Below are positions 30,361-40,604 of a stretch of DNA of 64,000 nt, piece after piece; the first letter of the stretch is position 1, and every line of letters begins with the position of its first letter. The position numbers and the translations under genes are program-made. The stretch spans positions 64,001 through 128,000 of the forward strand of contig JBGAHS010000002.1 in NCBI GenBank assembly GCA_044226015.1, given 5' to 3'. The DNA is from Candidatus Obscuribacteraceae bacterium (GTDB lineage: Bacteria; Cyanobacteriota; Vampirovibrionia; Obscuribacterales; Obscuribacteraceae). Below the pieces are notes generated by a model. The model saw only the letters and a list, made by a program, of their open reading frames with translations. It was not told the origin of the DNA and did not search any database.

Positions 30361-30855
30361 CTAGCGAATAACCTCCTTCACGGTTCCGGTACCTCCCAAA
30401 ACGTGACCATTGGATAGTGCACCAAACTCACAGGCGCCTCTAGCACGCAGCACTTTCAGTCTCACTGACTCATGCCCACTTAATTCAAGCCTCTTGAGAC
30501 TTTCAACGGCAGTGTTCTTCTGAGACTTGCCAGGTCCAGTCGCAATTTTAGAATAGACAGCTTCTTCAGAATCTGTGGACTCTACGCTGCCACCTTTTGA
30601 CTCGGATGGCTCAGAGCTAGCTCCAAGCGAGTCGCTTCCGAAATCTACTTCAGCGGGCTCAATAAACATCACCTGACGACCCTTGCTTTCGCGCGCTCTT
30701 CCAAAATAATTTCTGCCCGAAGAAATCGGAACCCTCACCAGTAACAAGCGCGGTTGCGGACACAACCATGCCACCGAATACGGTATCGCACTAAATATGC
30801 CAAAAACGCGAGCAAGCAGATCTTTTGTGGAATTACCTTTTGGGCGTTTTTCCAT
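30361..30855 (-). CDS. Hypothetical protein, putative ECF-regulon member
   Basis: ATG at 30855 with AGGAGG RBS at 30860-30865; one hydrophobic segment then a Ser/Glu-rich region. Confidence 0.65.
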   Translation of the reverse strand: MEKRPKGNSTKDLLARVFGIFSAIPYSVAWLCPQPRLLLVRVPISSGRNYFGRARESKGRQVMFIEPAEVDFGSDSLGASSEPSESKGGSVESTDSEEAVYSKIATGPGKSQKNTAVESLKRLELSGHESVRLKVLRARGACEFGALSNGHVLGGTGTVKEVIR

Positions 30856-30914
30856 ATGACCTCCTATACAACACCTGATATCTAGAAGCACAACACAATC
30901 TTGCTCCTATCTCT

Positions 30915-30942
30915 AAAACGTAATCGGACCCAAAAAAGTTCA
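30915..30942 (-). promoter_or_regulatory. Putative ECF-sigma promoter (copy 2)
   Basis: Minus strand TTGAACTTTTTTGGGTCCGATTACGTTTT = TGAACT-N16-CGTTTT; also shares TTTT and ATTA spacer bases with the 54245 copy. Confidence 0.65.
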
Positions 30943-31234
30943 ATCAAAAAGCAGCTTGAGATCTTGATTTAATTTAGATAGAAATTCACAGCGTTTTTCT
31001 GTTCTCAGGCAGCTTTTTCAAGGGACAAAGTTACTCCTGCTCTCAGTGAGTTGTTGTTGCTTCATTTGCTGTGCATGCATTCTTACTTCAAGAAAAATGG
31101 AATTGCATGATTCTAAGTTGCAATGATTTGCTTTCAGTTCTGTTAGTGCCTGCACCTTCCTGTAAATGCATTCGCTTACCTCAATACAGCCACTAAAATG
31201 TACGGTCTTATTTTCAATATCCAGCAACTGAAAT

Positions 31235-31906
31235 TTGCGGAGCAAAAAAGGGCATAAACCATGCATAAAAGGTATCGCTGTGAACACTAAGAAAAAAAGG
31301 CGCAAAAAGAAGCAACTGCCTCCTGTATTGCAGGATTGGCTGGATGAAATTCAAGATTGGTCTACCGGGCGAATCTGGTGGCCCAGATTGATTCTTCTGT
31401 TCTTTTTCCTGCACTTGCTGGTCTCACACATTAAAGACCCGATGTATAGCGACATCTTTAAGGGGCTAAACCTTGGAATTCACGAGATAGGGCACATGGT
31501 TTTCAATCCCTTCGGCGAATTCATGACTATTGCTGGAGGTTCACTGCTACAGTGCCTTGTGCCGCTTCTTTCAACCTTTATGTTCTTTCGCCAGCGCGAC
31601 TATTTTGGAATAACGGTTTGTTTTGCCTGGCTGTCCACAAATCTCTTCGACGTCGCGGTATATGCCGATGACGCACGCGCCCTCGCGCTGCCGCTGGTTA
31701 CGCCATTTAAGGGCGATGAGACAATCCACGACTGGAATTTCATGCTCGATAAGCTCGACCTGATGGCTTATGACCATAACATCGCCGGTATTTTGCGCCT
31801 TGCGGCAATTGTCTCCATGCTTTTCTCCATCGCCAGCGGATTTTATCTGGTCCTTCTAATGATGCAAAATCCAAAAACCAATACCGCAGCCGAGCAAGAG
31901 CCTTAA
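31235..31906 (+). CDS. Membrane protein with HExGH motif (M50B-like putative intramembrane metallopeptidase)
   Basis: IHEIGH, AGGSLLQ, HDWNFML, four TM segments; exact start uncertain. Confidence 0.7.
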   Translation: MRSKKGHKPCIKGIAVNTKKKRRKKKQLPPVLQDWLDEIQDWSTGRIWWPRLILLFFFLHLLVSHIKDPMYSDIFKGLNLGIHEIGHMVFNPFGEFMTIAGGSLLQCLVPLLSTFMFFRQRDYFGITVCFAWLSTNLFDVAVYADDARALALPLVTPFKGDETIHDWNFMLDKLDLMAYDHNIAGILRLAAIVSMLFSIASGFYLVLLMMQNPKTNTAAEQEP

Positions 31907-32008
31907 CGCCTAAATTAAACGGAAGGCTTTCAATGGGAGATCTACGGTAGACCGCCTTAGAAATCTTACATATACTTTTGCCAGGATGGGAATCGGGAGC
32001 CCTCGCTG

Positions 32009-33187
32009 GTGAATACGCACATAGAACATTTTTCGTCTGGCGCGGCATCACATGATGCCTCAGATGCATTACGCGCAGATTTTTTCAGTTCAGTAATCGA
32101 AAAGGCAATGGCACCATCAGATGCGCCAGCAGCACCGGCAGCACCTGCAGGCATGGATGCCGGCGCATGGTCGCAAATCAATGCCATGGTCGCAGCTGGA
32201 AAACAGGTCAATTTCACAACTGCTGGAGACAACGTAGTACCTGATTTCATCATGGGTGCAGACGGCAAACTCGCTCCAAACCCTGCAAAAACAACACCGA
32301 ATGCTGACGGCTCGGTCTCAATTCAAGTTGAAAATTCTCAAGGCAAAGAAGCAGCGATGAAAGCTGCAAAAGACTACCAGGTGTCAGTAATTCAAAGCCA
32401 GATTGCATACTGGCAGGCAGCACATCCTGGCGAAAAGGACATTCCAAATCATTTGAAGGGCGCACTTCACGCAGCGCAGACAGCAGCGTCAGCTCCTCCA
32501 GAGCAAGCACAACTGCAACCGCAACAACAAGCTCCGAAAGCAGTCGATGCGCCAGCACCAGTCAGTTCACCCGTAAATTATGGTGCACCAGGCTCGCAAA
32601 GCATTGGCGACAGAAACATTGGACCTGCGCCTAGCGGCGGGTACAGACCAGGTAGCTTCGAACCAAACGGTCCTATCGACAGAAGTGTAGTACCACCACC
32701 GGTGGCAGGCGACCTCAACATCAAAGGACCGCCCTCCTGCAACGTCGAACAAATCCAGAATTTCTTAGACCGCATTGGCTCACCAGCTGCGAAAGAACAA
32801 GGCTTCTCTCAAGCCCTTTATGATGCGTGCACCCAGCGCGGCATTGACCCAGCAGTCGCAGTAGGTTTCTTCTTGCAAGAATCAACCTGCGGAAGATATG
32901 GACGGGCACACGAAAACCACAGTTTCGGCAACATCAAAGGTGTTTCGCCTGAGTCGCACCAAACAGATGGAACGTTCCGTCGTTATGAATCATGGGCAGA
33001 AGGAGCTCGCGATTGGGCTCGCTTGATTGACGAATCTTACGTTCAAAAACGTGGCTTACAAACAATGTCTCAGGTCATTAGTGTATACGCTCCTGGCAGT
33101 GACGGAAATAACGAGCGTGGTTATGTTGCTACAGTTAAGGGCGTTGTCGAGAACTTCAAGAAGCAGAACAACGTCGCTACCGCATAG
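32009..33187 (+). CDS. Glucosaminidase (GH73/lysozyme-like) domain protein without signal peptide
   Basis: C-terminal GIDPAVAVGFFLQES..NHSFGNIKG..FRRYESWAEG..YAP..N..Y; long Ala/Pro/Gln-rich N-terminal region. Confidence 0.8.
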   Translation: MNTHIEHFSSGAASHDASDALRADFFSSVIEKAMAPSDAPAAPAAPAGMDAGAWSQINAMVAAGKQVNFTTAGDNVVPDFIMGADGKLAPNPAKTTPNADGSVSIQVENSQGKEAAMKAAKDYQVSVIQSQIAYWQAAHPGEKDIPNHLKGALHAAQTAASAPPEQAQLQPQQQAPKAVDAPAPVSSPVNYGAPGSQSIGDRNIGPAPSGGYRPGSFEPNGPIDRSVVPPPVAGDLNIKGPPSCNVEQIQNFLDRIGSPAAKEQGFSQALYDACTQRGIDPAVAVGFFLQESTCGRYGRAHENHSFGNIKGVSPESHQTDGTFRRYESWAEGARDWARLIDESYVQKRGLQTMSQVISVYAPGSDGNNERGYVATVKGVVENFKKQNNVATA

Positions 33188-33352
33188 AATTCAAGAGATA
33201 AAGGCAAATAAAACATCTACTACTTTTCCAGTAGTAAGTACCTGTTCACGGCGCTTTCGGGCATTTCCTGGCAAATGATTGAACAGTTTTTAAGCGGAAC
33301 ACTAACCTTTGCATCCATAATATAGACGTTCGTTTTTGGAGACAGACGCATT

Positions 33353-33796
33353 ATGGACGGTTCACGCCCAATTTCCCGCAAAAGATTAGCTATGCTTCTG
33401 GCACTTATTGCCACTGTCGGCATTGTCGTGTGCGCATCAGTTTTCTACATCAATCAGTCAACCAAAAAACAACTAGCTGACTCAGCTGAGACCACTGAGT
33501 TAAAACCAGCAACTGCAACCGAAGCCGCCGCTCCAACCGTAGCTGCGTCACCCGAACCTGCAGAAGAGAACAAAGAGATTTTTATTGACCATGCACAAGT
33601 GCAAGAGTCGCCAAAGAAGGTCACTCCGAAGCGCTTTAAGAATCGTCGTAACAGCATAGCGATGAAGTTTCCAGCACCACCTGTAACACCATCAGCTTCA
33701 AATATGACTTCTGCAAATGGTGGAGAAGTTGAGATGTGGGCAGGGGACAAACGCACTTTTGTGTCTGTTCCACCCGGCACCAAATTCGAAGACTAA
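33353..33796 (+). CDS. Single-pass membrane-anchored hypothetical protein
   Basis: N-terminal TM helix, Ala/Thr/Pro-rich linker. Confidence 0.65.
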   Translation: MDGSRPISRKRLAMLLALIATVGIVVCASVFYINQSTKKQLADSAETTELKPATATEAAAPTVAASPEPAEENKEIFIDHAQVQESPKKVTPKRFKNRRNSIAMKFPAPPVTPSASNMTSANGGEVEMWAGDKRTFVSVPPGTKFED

Positions 33797-33943
33797 CCCA
33801 ATCAAATAAACCGGAAACGAGGCAGTCACTGAATGCTTGCGAATCCTCTTTGTACACTAAATTGAGGAAGCCTTAGAATCAAACGTGTAAGTAATTCTAA
33901 AGGCTCAATCAGAGTCCGTCCATGTATTGAAGAGTAAACCGAG

Positions 33944-36442
33944 CTACTCTTCTTTCTTTTCTTCTTCAGTTTCATTCAAATCAAAATCAAGACGAACTTT
34001 GAATTCGGCGTTGAGTACCAGCCGTGCATCATATGTTCCATCTCCAGATTTCTTCTTGAATCCTTTGATTACAGATGTTCTTTTCTTCTGAACAAGTTCT
34101 TTCATCTGTGCTTCCGAAATTGTTTTTCCATACATTTCGTTCCAGAGACCGAACTTGCAACCTTCGCGCCAGCGCGTGCATCCGGCACCCTTCGGTGTCG
34201 CGCGCACTACACCTTCCTGACACTGCGGACAGGGGCCAAGCCCAGCGTCATCAATATCAAATCTAACTTTAAAGTCTTCCGTCAGTACCAACTGCGCATC
34301 AAAAGTGCCTTCGCCCGACTTCTTTTTGAAGCCTTTAATGACTTTTGTTTTTCCGTTTTTGATCAGCTCTTTTATTTGAGCTTCACTGAGAGTTTTGCCG
34401 CTCACTTCGCCCCATACGGAGAAGTTGCATCCCTCTCTCCAACGATTGCATCCAGCACCTTTTGGAGTTGGTCTGACAATGCCAGAACGACACTGCGGGC
34501 AAGACGCTATACCGTCAGGAAGGTCTTTGGGGTTTGATTTTTTCGCATTTGGATCAGGCACAAAAGCTGGTCGTTTCGACGTTGTGACATCGGGAAGCAA
34601 GCCAGAAACAAAAGTAGCTATGTCTCCTTCAAACTTGTTGAGTTGAAGTTTGCCATCCTGCATATCTGCTAACTGTTGCTCCCAAGACGCAGTTAAGGCA
34701 ACGTCCTTCAAGTCTTTATGCACCTGCGAAATAAGGGCTCTTCCTTTTTCAGTCGGAACAAGCCACTTCTTGTTTCGCTCAATATAGTTTGAGGCAAGAA
34801 GTCTCTCGATTATCGCTGCACGAGTTGCTGGAGTTCCTAACCCCTTTTGCTTCATGTAGCTGGCAAGGTCTTCATCGTCAAGTTCCTGGCCAGCATTCTT
34901 CATAGCAGTAAGCAAACTGGCATCATCATAAGGTTTCGGTGGGGTGGTCTTTCCTTCCTTTAGCTCAGATTTTCGCTTTGGAACAAGCTGGTCTTTCGCG
35001 AGTGCAGGAAGCTGCTGGCTCTCTTCACCATCTTTGTCCTTCTCTTTTTTCGCCTTGCCTTTACCTTTTTCCTCTTTGTCCTCTGACTTAGGCTCAACAA
35101 TAGTCCAACCAACATCCTTTATCACGATGCCTTTAGCGCGGAACGAATGCTCAGCAAGTTTGATGATAACGGTCGTTTCGTCACGAATTTCAGGAGGCAA
35201 GAAAATAGCCAAAAATCTGGTGGCAACAAGCTGATATACGTTGCGTTGCTTCTCCGGAAGATTGTTAGGCGGCGAGTTATAGGTTGGAATAATAGCGTGG
35301 TGATCAGTTAGCTTAGTGTCGTCGACATAAGCTTTTCCGAGTTTCGGGCGAATAAGATCTCCGGTGATTTTTCCGGGCTCTAATGATTCATTCTTGAATG
35401 CTTCACGAACCTCTTTGCTGGTGCTGGAAATATTCAAAACCGTAGTCAAAATGCGTGGCAACTCATCGACCATGTCGTTTGAAATATGACGTGACTCAGT
35501 TCTCGGATAACTGATTAGTTTGTACTCTTCATACAAACTCTGTGCAATATTCAACGTTTCCTGGGCAGTGTATCCAAAGCGCTTGTTGGCGTCTTTTTGT
35601 AGAGTCAACAAATCGTACAGCGCTGGTGCCTTAGTTCGTTTCTCAGAAGTAATGACAGAACTGACTTGCCCCTCTTTGATCGGATTAACCGCAGCAAGAA
35701 TAGCTTCAGCTGCAGCTTTGTCGTTGAGTCGAGTCTGCGGCTCTGCTCCAGGTGTTATAAACCGAGCAACGAACCCTGGCTCAAAAGTAGCCAGAATTTC
35801 GTAGAACTGATTTGACTTGAAATTGTCGATAGCAGCCTGTCTTTCTACGATAAGAGAAAGCGTAGGAGTTTGAACTCTACCTATCGTGCATAACGAACGA
35901 TTAATGCTTGTGTAAGCACGGGTAAAATTCAGCCCCACAATCCAGTCAGCATGAGCACGGGCGGTCGCTGCATTTGCAAGATTGTCGAACTCTTTGGATG
36001 ACTTCAGCTTCCGCAAGCCATCTTTAATTGCATCTGGTGTCAACGAACTTATCCAGAGTCGCTCAACACTTTTACTTGAACCACTCAATTTATAGATGAG
36101 TCGAAAAATGTGCTCACCTTCTCGCCCCGCGTCAGTCGCGCATATGATCGAAGTAGTGGCAGGGTCAGAAAATAGCTTTTTGATTACGTTGAACTGCGCA
36201 GATGCTTTATCTGCGATCCGGTATTTCCAGTTATCAGGAATCATCGGGAGTTGATCTATTCGCCATGGCTTTCCCCAGCCAGGGTTCATTTCCTCTGGCT
36301 CTGCGATCGTCACAAGGTGCCCGAACGCGTAAGTCACGGCAAAATTATTGCCTTCAAAATAGCCGTCTTTCTTCGTGTTCGCACCTACGACAGAAGCGAT
36401 ATCACGAGCAACCGACGGTTTTTCTGCAAGAACAACTTTCAT
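33944..36442 (-). CDS. topB: DNA topoisomerase III (type IA)
   Basis: ATG at 36442: LAEKPSVA, ATDAGREGE, RLWISS, GRVQTPTL, LISYPRTES (catalytic Tyr), DHHAIIPT, GLGTPATRA. Confidence 0.95.
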   Translation of the reverse strand: MKVVLAEKPSVARDIASVVGANTKKDGYFEGNNFAVTYAFGHLVTIAEPEEMNPGWGKPWRIDQLPMIPDNWKYRIADKASAQFNVIKKLFSDPATTSIICATDAGREGEHIFRLIYKLSGSSKSVERLWISSLTPDAIKDGLRKLKSSKEFDNLANAATARAHADWIVGLNFTRAYTSINRSLCTIGRVQTPTLSLIVERQAAIDNFKSNQFYEILATFEPGFVARFITPGAEPQTRLNDKAAAEAILAAVNPIKEGQVSSVITSEKRTKAPALYDLLTLQKDANKRFGYTAQETLNIAQSLYEEYKLISYPRTESRHISNDMVDELPRILTTVLNISSTSKEVREAFKNESLEPGKITGDLIRPKLGKAYVDDTKLTDHHAIIPTYNSPPNNLPEKQRNVYQLVATRFLAIFLPPEIRDETTVIIKLAEHSFRAKGIVIKDVGWTIVEPKSEDKEEKGKGKAKKEKDKDGEESQQLPALAKDQLVPKRKSELKEGKTTPPKPYDDASLLTAMKNAGQELDDEDLASYMKQKGLGTPATRAAIIERLLASNYIERNKKWLVPTEKGRALISQVHKDLKDVALTASWEQQLADMQDGKLQLNKFEGDIATFVSGLLPDVTTSKRPAFVPDPNAKKSNPKDLPDGIASCPQCRSGIVRPTPKGAGCNRWREGCNFSVWGEVSGKTLSEAQIKELIKNGKTKVIKGFKKKSGEGTFDAQLVLTEDFKVRFDIDDAGLGPCPQCQEGVVRATPKGAGCTRWREGCKFGLWNEMYGKTISEAQMKELVQKKRTSVIKGFKKKSGDGTYDARLVLNAEFKVRLDFDLNETEEEKKEE
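33962..34501 (-). repeat. Tandem 90-codon duplication (Zn ribbon + Topo C-terminal repeat) in topB
   Basis: CPQC..TPKGAGC.RWREGC.F..GKT.SEAQ.KEL..IKGFKKKSG.GT.DA.LVL..FKVR.D occurs twice, period 270 nt. Confidence 0.85.
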
Positions 36443-36778
36443 TGTGTTCTCCCCGGTTGATTTTGCGTCAGTAAAGATAACCGAACAAACCAAGTTAGGC
36501 TACTCCACTCGATCGATATATCACAGATAGAGATCAGGCAGCCACAGAAAAACAAGAAATTGAGGGGCGAAAGTCCTTGTACACACAGGGTTTACAGCAG
36601 CAAAATTCGCACGCATATTTAAGCTTTCCCTCCTTAGATTTAGTTGAAGGAAAGCGCGAAAAATTCTTCTAACTTGCATTAAAGGGCGGGTTGATCGTCC
36701 CTATCCATGAATACAAGCAGGAACAGACAAGCCACAGCTTGGAAATATACACTTCAAGTTGCAGTATTAAAGAGCGGA

Positions 36779-37090
36779 CTAAAGAATGCCTAATTCCATA
36801 CGAGCGTCTTCTGTAGCCATAGTCTTTGGATCCCAACGGGGAGTCCAAACTAGTTCGACTTTGACTTCTTTTGCCCAGGGCAATTTTTTCACAGCTTGAT
36901 GTACTTGCGCTTGAATTACCGGACCCACTGGGCAAGCTGGGCTAGTAAGAGTCATGCGAACATGCACATCACTTTCGTTGCTGACTTCGACACCATAAAT
37001 CAAACCAAGCTCAACAATGCTGACCCCAATTTCAGGGTCGAGAATCGTTCTGATGGTTTCCATTACGAGATCTTCTTTTAGTGAGGACAT
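36779..37090 (-). CDS. sufT: DUF59/SufT metal-sulfur cluster assembly factor
   Basis: DPEIGVSIVELGLIY, MTLTSPACP, VWTPRW. Confidence 0.9.
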   Translation of the reverse strand: MSSLKEDLVMETIRTILDPEIGVSIVELGLIYGVEVSNESDVHVRMTLTSPACPVGPVIQAQVHQAVKKLPWAKEVKVELVWTPRWDPKTMATEDARMELGIL

Positions 37091-37103
37091 ATCCCTTCTC
37101 CAC

Positions 37104-37586
37104 TTACTCAGTACTTACGGTTTTTGGACCTTCTTTAACACCCTTTACCTGCGCTTCAGCACAGCGCAATCCTTCAATTAGCGTATTCCATGGCAATAGA
37201 GCGCATTTAATTCGCACAGGGTACTTCTTAACGCCCTGGAGAGCTTCGATTTCCTCAAACTCTTCTGGAAGCTCAATTGCTTCCTGCTTCATCATCATGC
37301 TTTTGAAATTCTCAATCAGCTCCGAAACATGCTCAACAGGCTGACCTTTAACCGCTTCTGTCATCATAGAGCAGGATGCAGTATTTATAGAGCAGCCGCG
37401 GGACTTGATTGAAACATCTTGGACCTTGCCGTCTTTCACATCTAGATAGAGAACAAGCTCATCACCGCACAGGGGATTCACGCCCTCAATAGAGAGAACC
37501 GAATCTCCCTCTAAAACGCCATTATTGCGAGGATTGTGATAATGATCGAGAATCGTCTCTCGATATAACTCATCTGAAAGCGACAT
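37104..37586 (-). CDS. sufU: SUF system NifU-family protein
   Basis: LYRETILDHYHNPRN, NPLCGDE, GCSI, RIKCALLPW; ATG at 37586. Confidence 0.92.
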   Translation of the reverse strand: MSLSDELYRETILDHYHNPRNNGVLEGDSVLSIEGVNPLCGDELVLYLDVKDGKVQDVSIKSRGCSINTASCSMMTEAVKGQPVEHVSELIENFKSMMMKQEAIELPEEFEEIEALQGVKKYPVRIKCALLPWNTLIEGLRCAEAQVKGVKEGPKTVSTE

Positions 37587-38814
37587 GACCAAATACCTTT
37601 TGAACTTTTTTGAGTGATTCAATCAACATATCTACTTCTTCTTTCAGAGTGTAGATATAGAAGCTTGCACGTGCCGTACCCATCACATCAAGATCGCGCA
37701 TTAGCGGCTGGCAGCAATGATGCCCAACCCTTATAGCCACGCCATCTTCATTGACGATTTGCCCTACGTCGTGAGGGTGCAGTCCTTTCAAATTGAACGA
37801 AATAACTCCGCCGCGGTCAGCCGCATTTTTGGGACCATATACGGTGGCATCTTCCAGTTCTGCAAATTTGCTGAGCGCATACTGCGTCAGCTCAATTTCA
37901 TGAGCGCGAACGTTCTCCATTCCTATTGATTTCAAATAATCGATAGCAACACCAGACGCTATCACGTCGGCGATGTTTGGTGTTCCAGCCTCAAACTTCC
38001 ATGGCAGTTGATTTGGAGTGAAACGATCTCTCCAGACCATGCTTATCATGTCACCGCCACCCATTACTGGCGGCATAGCGTCGAGAAGATCGAACTTCCC
38101 GTACAACACACCGACACCTGTTGGACCACACATTTTGTGCATCGAAAGCACTAAGAAGTCGCAATCGATTTCTTTGACGTTTGTTGGAATGTGCGGCACA
38201 CCCTGAGCACCATCAACAAGAACCTTAGTTCCGTTTGCGTGTGCTAGCCTGCAAACTTCAGAAAGCGGAACAATAGTTCCCAAAACGTTCGACATCTGAG
38301 TAATCGCCAGCAACTTGCTACGCGAGTTTAATATGGATTTGAGTGAGCCCAGGTCAAGCAATCCATCTTCAGTCAAACTCAAGAATACAAGTTTGGCACC
38401 CTTTTCTTTTGCCAACATCTGCCAGGGCACCAGATTTGAATGGTGCTCAAGCGGGCTAAGAACGATCTCGTCGCCCTCTTTGATATTTTCTCGTCCCCAG
38501 CTCTGAGCAACAAGATTGATTGCTTCAGTGGCGTTACGAGTAAAAATAACTTCTCTAGTATCAGTGATGCCGATGAAATCAGCCACTTTCTTACGGACAT
38601 TCTCGAACGCCTCAGTAGCTTCTTCAGAAAGCGTGTGGATGCCGCGATGAATATTGGCATTGTAGTGCGAATAATATTGCGTAAGCGCATCGATAACAAT
38701 CTGAGGCTTCTGAGAAGTCGCAGCGCTATCAAGATAAACAAGGGGCTTCCCGTCAATCACTCTTTCCAAGATAGGAAAGTCTTTTCTGATCTTTATAAAA
38801 TCAACTTTTTCCAT
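37570..38814 (-). CDS. sufS: Cysteine desulfurase, SufS type
   Basis: YLDSAATSQKP, NIHRG, EHHSN, HKMCGPTG, FEAGTP, RVGHHCCQPL; ATG at 38814. Confidence 0.95.
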   Translation of the reverse strand: MEKVDFIKIRKDFPILERVIDGKPLVYLDSAATSQKPQIVIDALTQYYSHYNANIHRGIHTLSEEATEAFENVRKKVADFIGITDTREVIFTRNATEAINLVAQSWGRENIKEGDEIVLSPLEHHSNLVPWQMLAKEKGAKLVFLSLTEDGLLDLGSLKSILNSRSKLLAITQMSNVLGTIVPLSEVCRLAHANGTKVLVDGAQGVPHIPTNVKEIDCDFLVLSMHKMCGPTGVGVLYGKFDLLDAMPPVMGGGDMISMVWRDRFTPNQLPWKFEAGTPNIADVIASGVAIDYLKSIGMENVRAHEIELTQYALSKFAELEDATVYGPKNAADRGGVISFNLKGLHPHDVGQIVNEDGVAIRVGHHCCQPLMRDLDVMGTARASFYIYTLKEEVDMLIESLKKVQKVFGHVAFR

Positions 38815-39145
38815 GGGTGGGCAAACCAACATAAATTTCTCCATCTCTTACTTCAACACTGTAAGCGCAAACGCTTCCAACTGCAGGCAAGCAGAGCGCT
38901 TTTCCAGTAGTCACATCAAACTTAGCACCATGTCGAGGACACTCGATTTCACCGTCTGAGAATTCACCATCTCCAAGGGGTCCATCATCATGCGTACATC
39001 GATCATCAATAGCGTGGACTTGTCCTTCCCATCTAGCTACCAGGATGCGACGCTTTCCTGCGGTGAATACTTTAGTACCAGGCTCGGGAATTTCGTCTAC
39101 CTTTCCCAGCTTGTAAAAACGTCGAGTATCATCATTAAGGGTCAT
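38801..39145 (-). CDS. Rieske [2Fe-2S] ferredoxin
   Basis: CTHDD...IECPRHGAKFD (CxH..CxxH). Confidence 0.93.
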   Translation of the reverse strand: MTLNDDTRRFYKLGKVDEIPEPGTKVFTAGKRRILVARWEGQVHAIDDRCTHDDGPLGDGEFSDGEIECPRHGAKFDVTTGKALCLPAVGSVCAYSVEVRDGEIYVGLPTHGKS

Positions 39146-39158
39146 TTCCCCTCCGAAC

Positions 39159-40553
39159 TCAAGTCAACTCCGAAAAGAAATCAGATGCGGCGGCATCGAG
39201 CTTGCCACCATGAATCTTCTTTGAAATCACTTCGCTCAGCCAATCGAGAGCAACTCCGAATGGTGACCGTTCCAGAGTCTGCCTGAAGAATCCTAAAACT
39301 ATCAGCTGCTCGGCTACGGTTCGGGATACTCCGCGACTCATCAAATAGAAGATTTGCTCGCGATCTACAGGTCCTACAGTGGCACCATGTGCGCACTTCA
39401 CATCATCTGCAAGAATTTCGAGCTTCGGAATGGAGTCTGCTGTCGCTGTTCCATCAAGCAAAAGATTCTTGTTTGACTGGTATGCGTCAGTGCGCTGAGC
39501 GACTTTAGCCACACGCACGATCCCCTGATAAACAGAAGACGATTTTTCACGCAATGCTACCCGGAAGGTGATATCAGATTTGGTATCAGCTGCGGAGTGA
39601 TCTTGTATCGTATTGAAGCTGAACTTCTCTTCGCCCGCACCGAAAACTACACCGAGCACTTCGCTTGAAGCACCTGGTGCTCGCAAAATAGTAGCCATAT
39701 CAGACTTTGTTTGGCAGCCGCCCATAGCAAGTGTCAAAGATTCATAACGTCCATCACGATCAACCAGGCAATTAGACCTGTTAACCATAAAAACGGAATC
39801 ATTTTGCTGCTGCACTTCAAGGAAAGACAATTTCGCACCTGGCTTGACGTGCATTTCAACGAATTGAGAAAGCAGCGAAACAGGGCTATTGGCAGTCGAC
39901 TCTTCAGAAGAGTGAATAACATAAGACAGCTTGCATGAACTCATGTCTTCTGCAACGACAACGGTTCTCGGCATCACAGCGTAAGCAGACTTGTCCAGTT
40001 CGACTGCATAGAAAATCGGGGCGCTGATTTCTACACCTTTTGGAATGTATAGAAACAGCCCGCAATTAAAGAGTGCTTTGGAAAGAAGTCCAAATTTTCC
40101 ATCTTCTTCTGCGTCAACAGTGCTGGACAAATAAGGCTTTATCAAATCAGCGTGCTTCTCAACAGCTGTAGCAATATCACAAAGAATGACGCCCTTGCTC
40201 TGAAGCTCTTTGCTCAACGAATAGAAGCCTGGCTTTGAGGTGCTCTGATAGAGCAAACCAGCAGGCGCTTCTTTGAAGTGACTCAGGATGCCAGACAGCC
40301 ATTTAGGACTCTGCTCGAGGGAATCAACTGAATTAGCTGTCGGCAGATTTGCTGTTTGCAGTTCACCAAGATCCAACGAAGAAATTTTGCTGCGCTTCCA
40401 GCCTTCTTCTCTTTCGCTCGGCATGGGGGTCTTAAAATAGGCTTCCCATGCGGCTAATCTGTTGTCTAACAACCATGCTGGTTCAGCAAGTCTTGATGCC
40501 ATTTCTTCTACAGTTTGTTTGGCGATCGTACTCGCCTTTGCTAATTCAGCCAT
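39159..40553 (-). CDS. sufD: Fe-S cluster assembly protein SufD
   Basis: EGWKRS, YQSNKNLLL, PKLEILADDVKCAHGATVG, FYLMSRG. Confidence 0.93.
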   Translation of the reverse strand: MAELAKASTIAKQTVEEMASRLAEPAWLLDNRLAAWEAYFKTPMPSEREEGWKRSKISSLDLGELQTANLPTANSVDSLEQSPKWLSGILSHFKEAPAGLLYQSTSKPGFYSLSKELQSKGVILCDIATAVEKHADLIKPYLSSTVDAEEDGKFGLLSKALFNCGLFLYIPKGVEISAPIFYAVELDKSAYAVMPRTVVVAEDMSSCKLSYVIHSSEESTANSPVSLLSQFVEMHVKPGAKLSFLEVQQQNDSVFMVNRSNCLVDRDGRYESLTLAMGGCQTKSDMATILRAPGASSEVLGVVFGAGEEKFSFNTIQDHSAADTKSDITFRVALREKSSSVYQGIVRVAKVAQRTDAYQSNKNLLLDGTATADSIPKLEILADDVKCAHGATVGPVDREQIFYLMSRGVSRTVAEQLIVLGFFRQTLERSPFGVALDWLSEVISKKIHGGKLDAAASDFFSELT

Positions 40554-40604
40554 TGCTCCTGTCTCGTTCTTCTCTTGTTTTGTTCTGGTTCTATCGAGTT
40601 AGTT

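Noticed and set aside
31018..31305. 95-aa minus-strand ORF
   Set aside because: Overlaps the 31235 gene start and has no motif; cannot be supported, though not excluded
33944..36442. topB as marker of an integrative conjugative element
   Set aside because: No integrase, relaxase, T4SS genes or att-like repeats seen nearby
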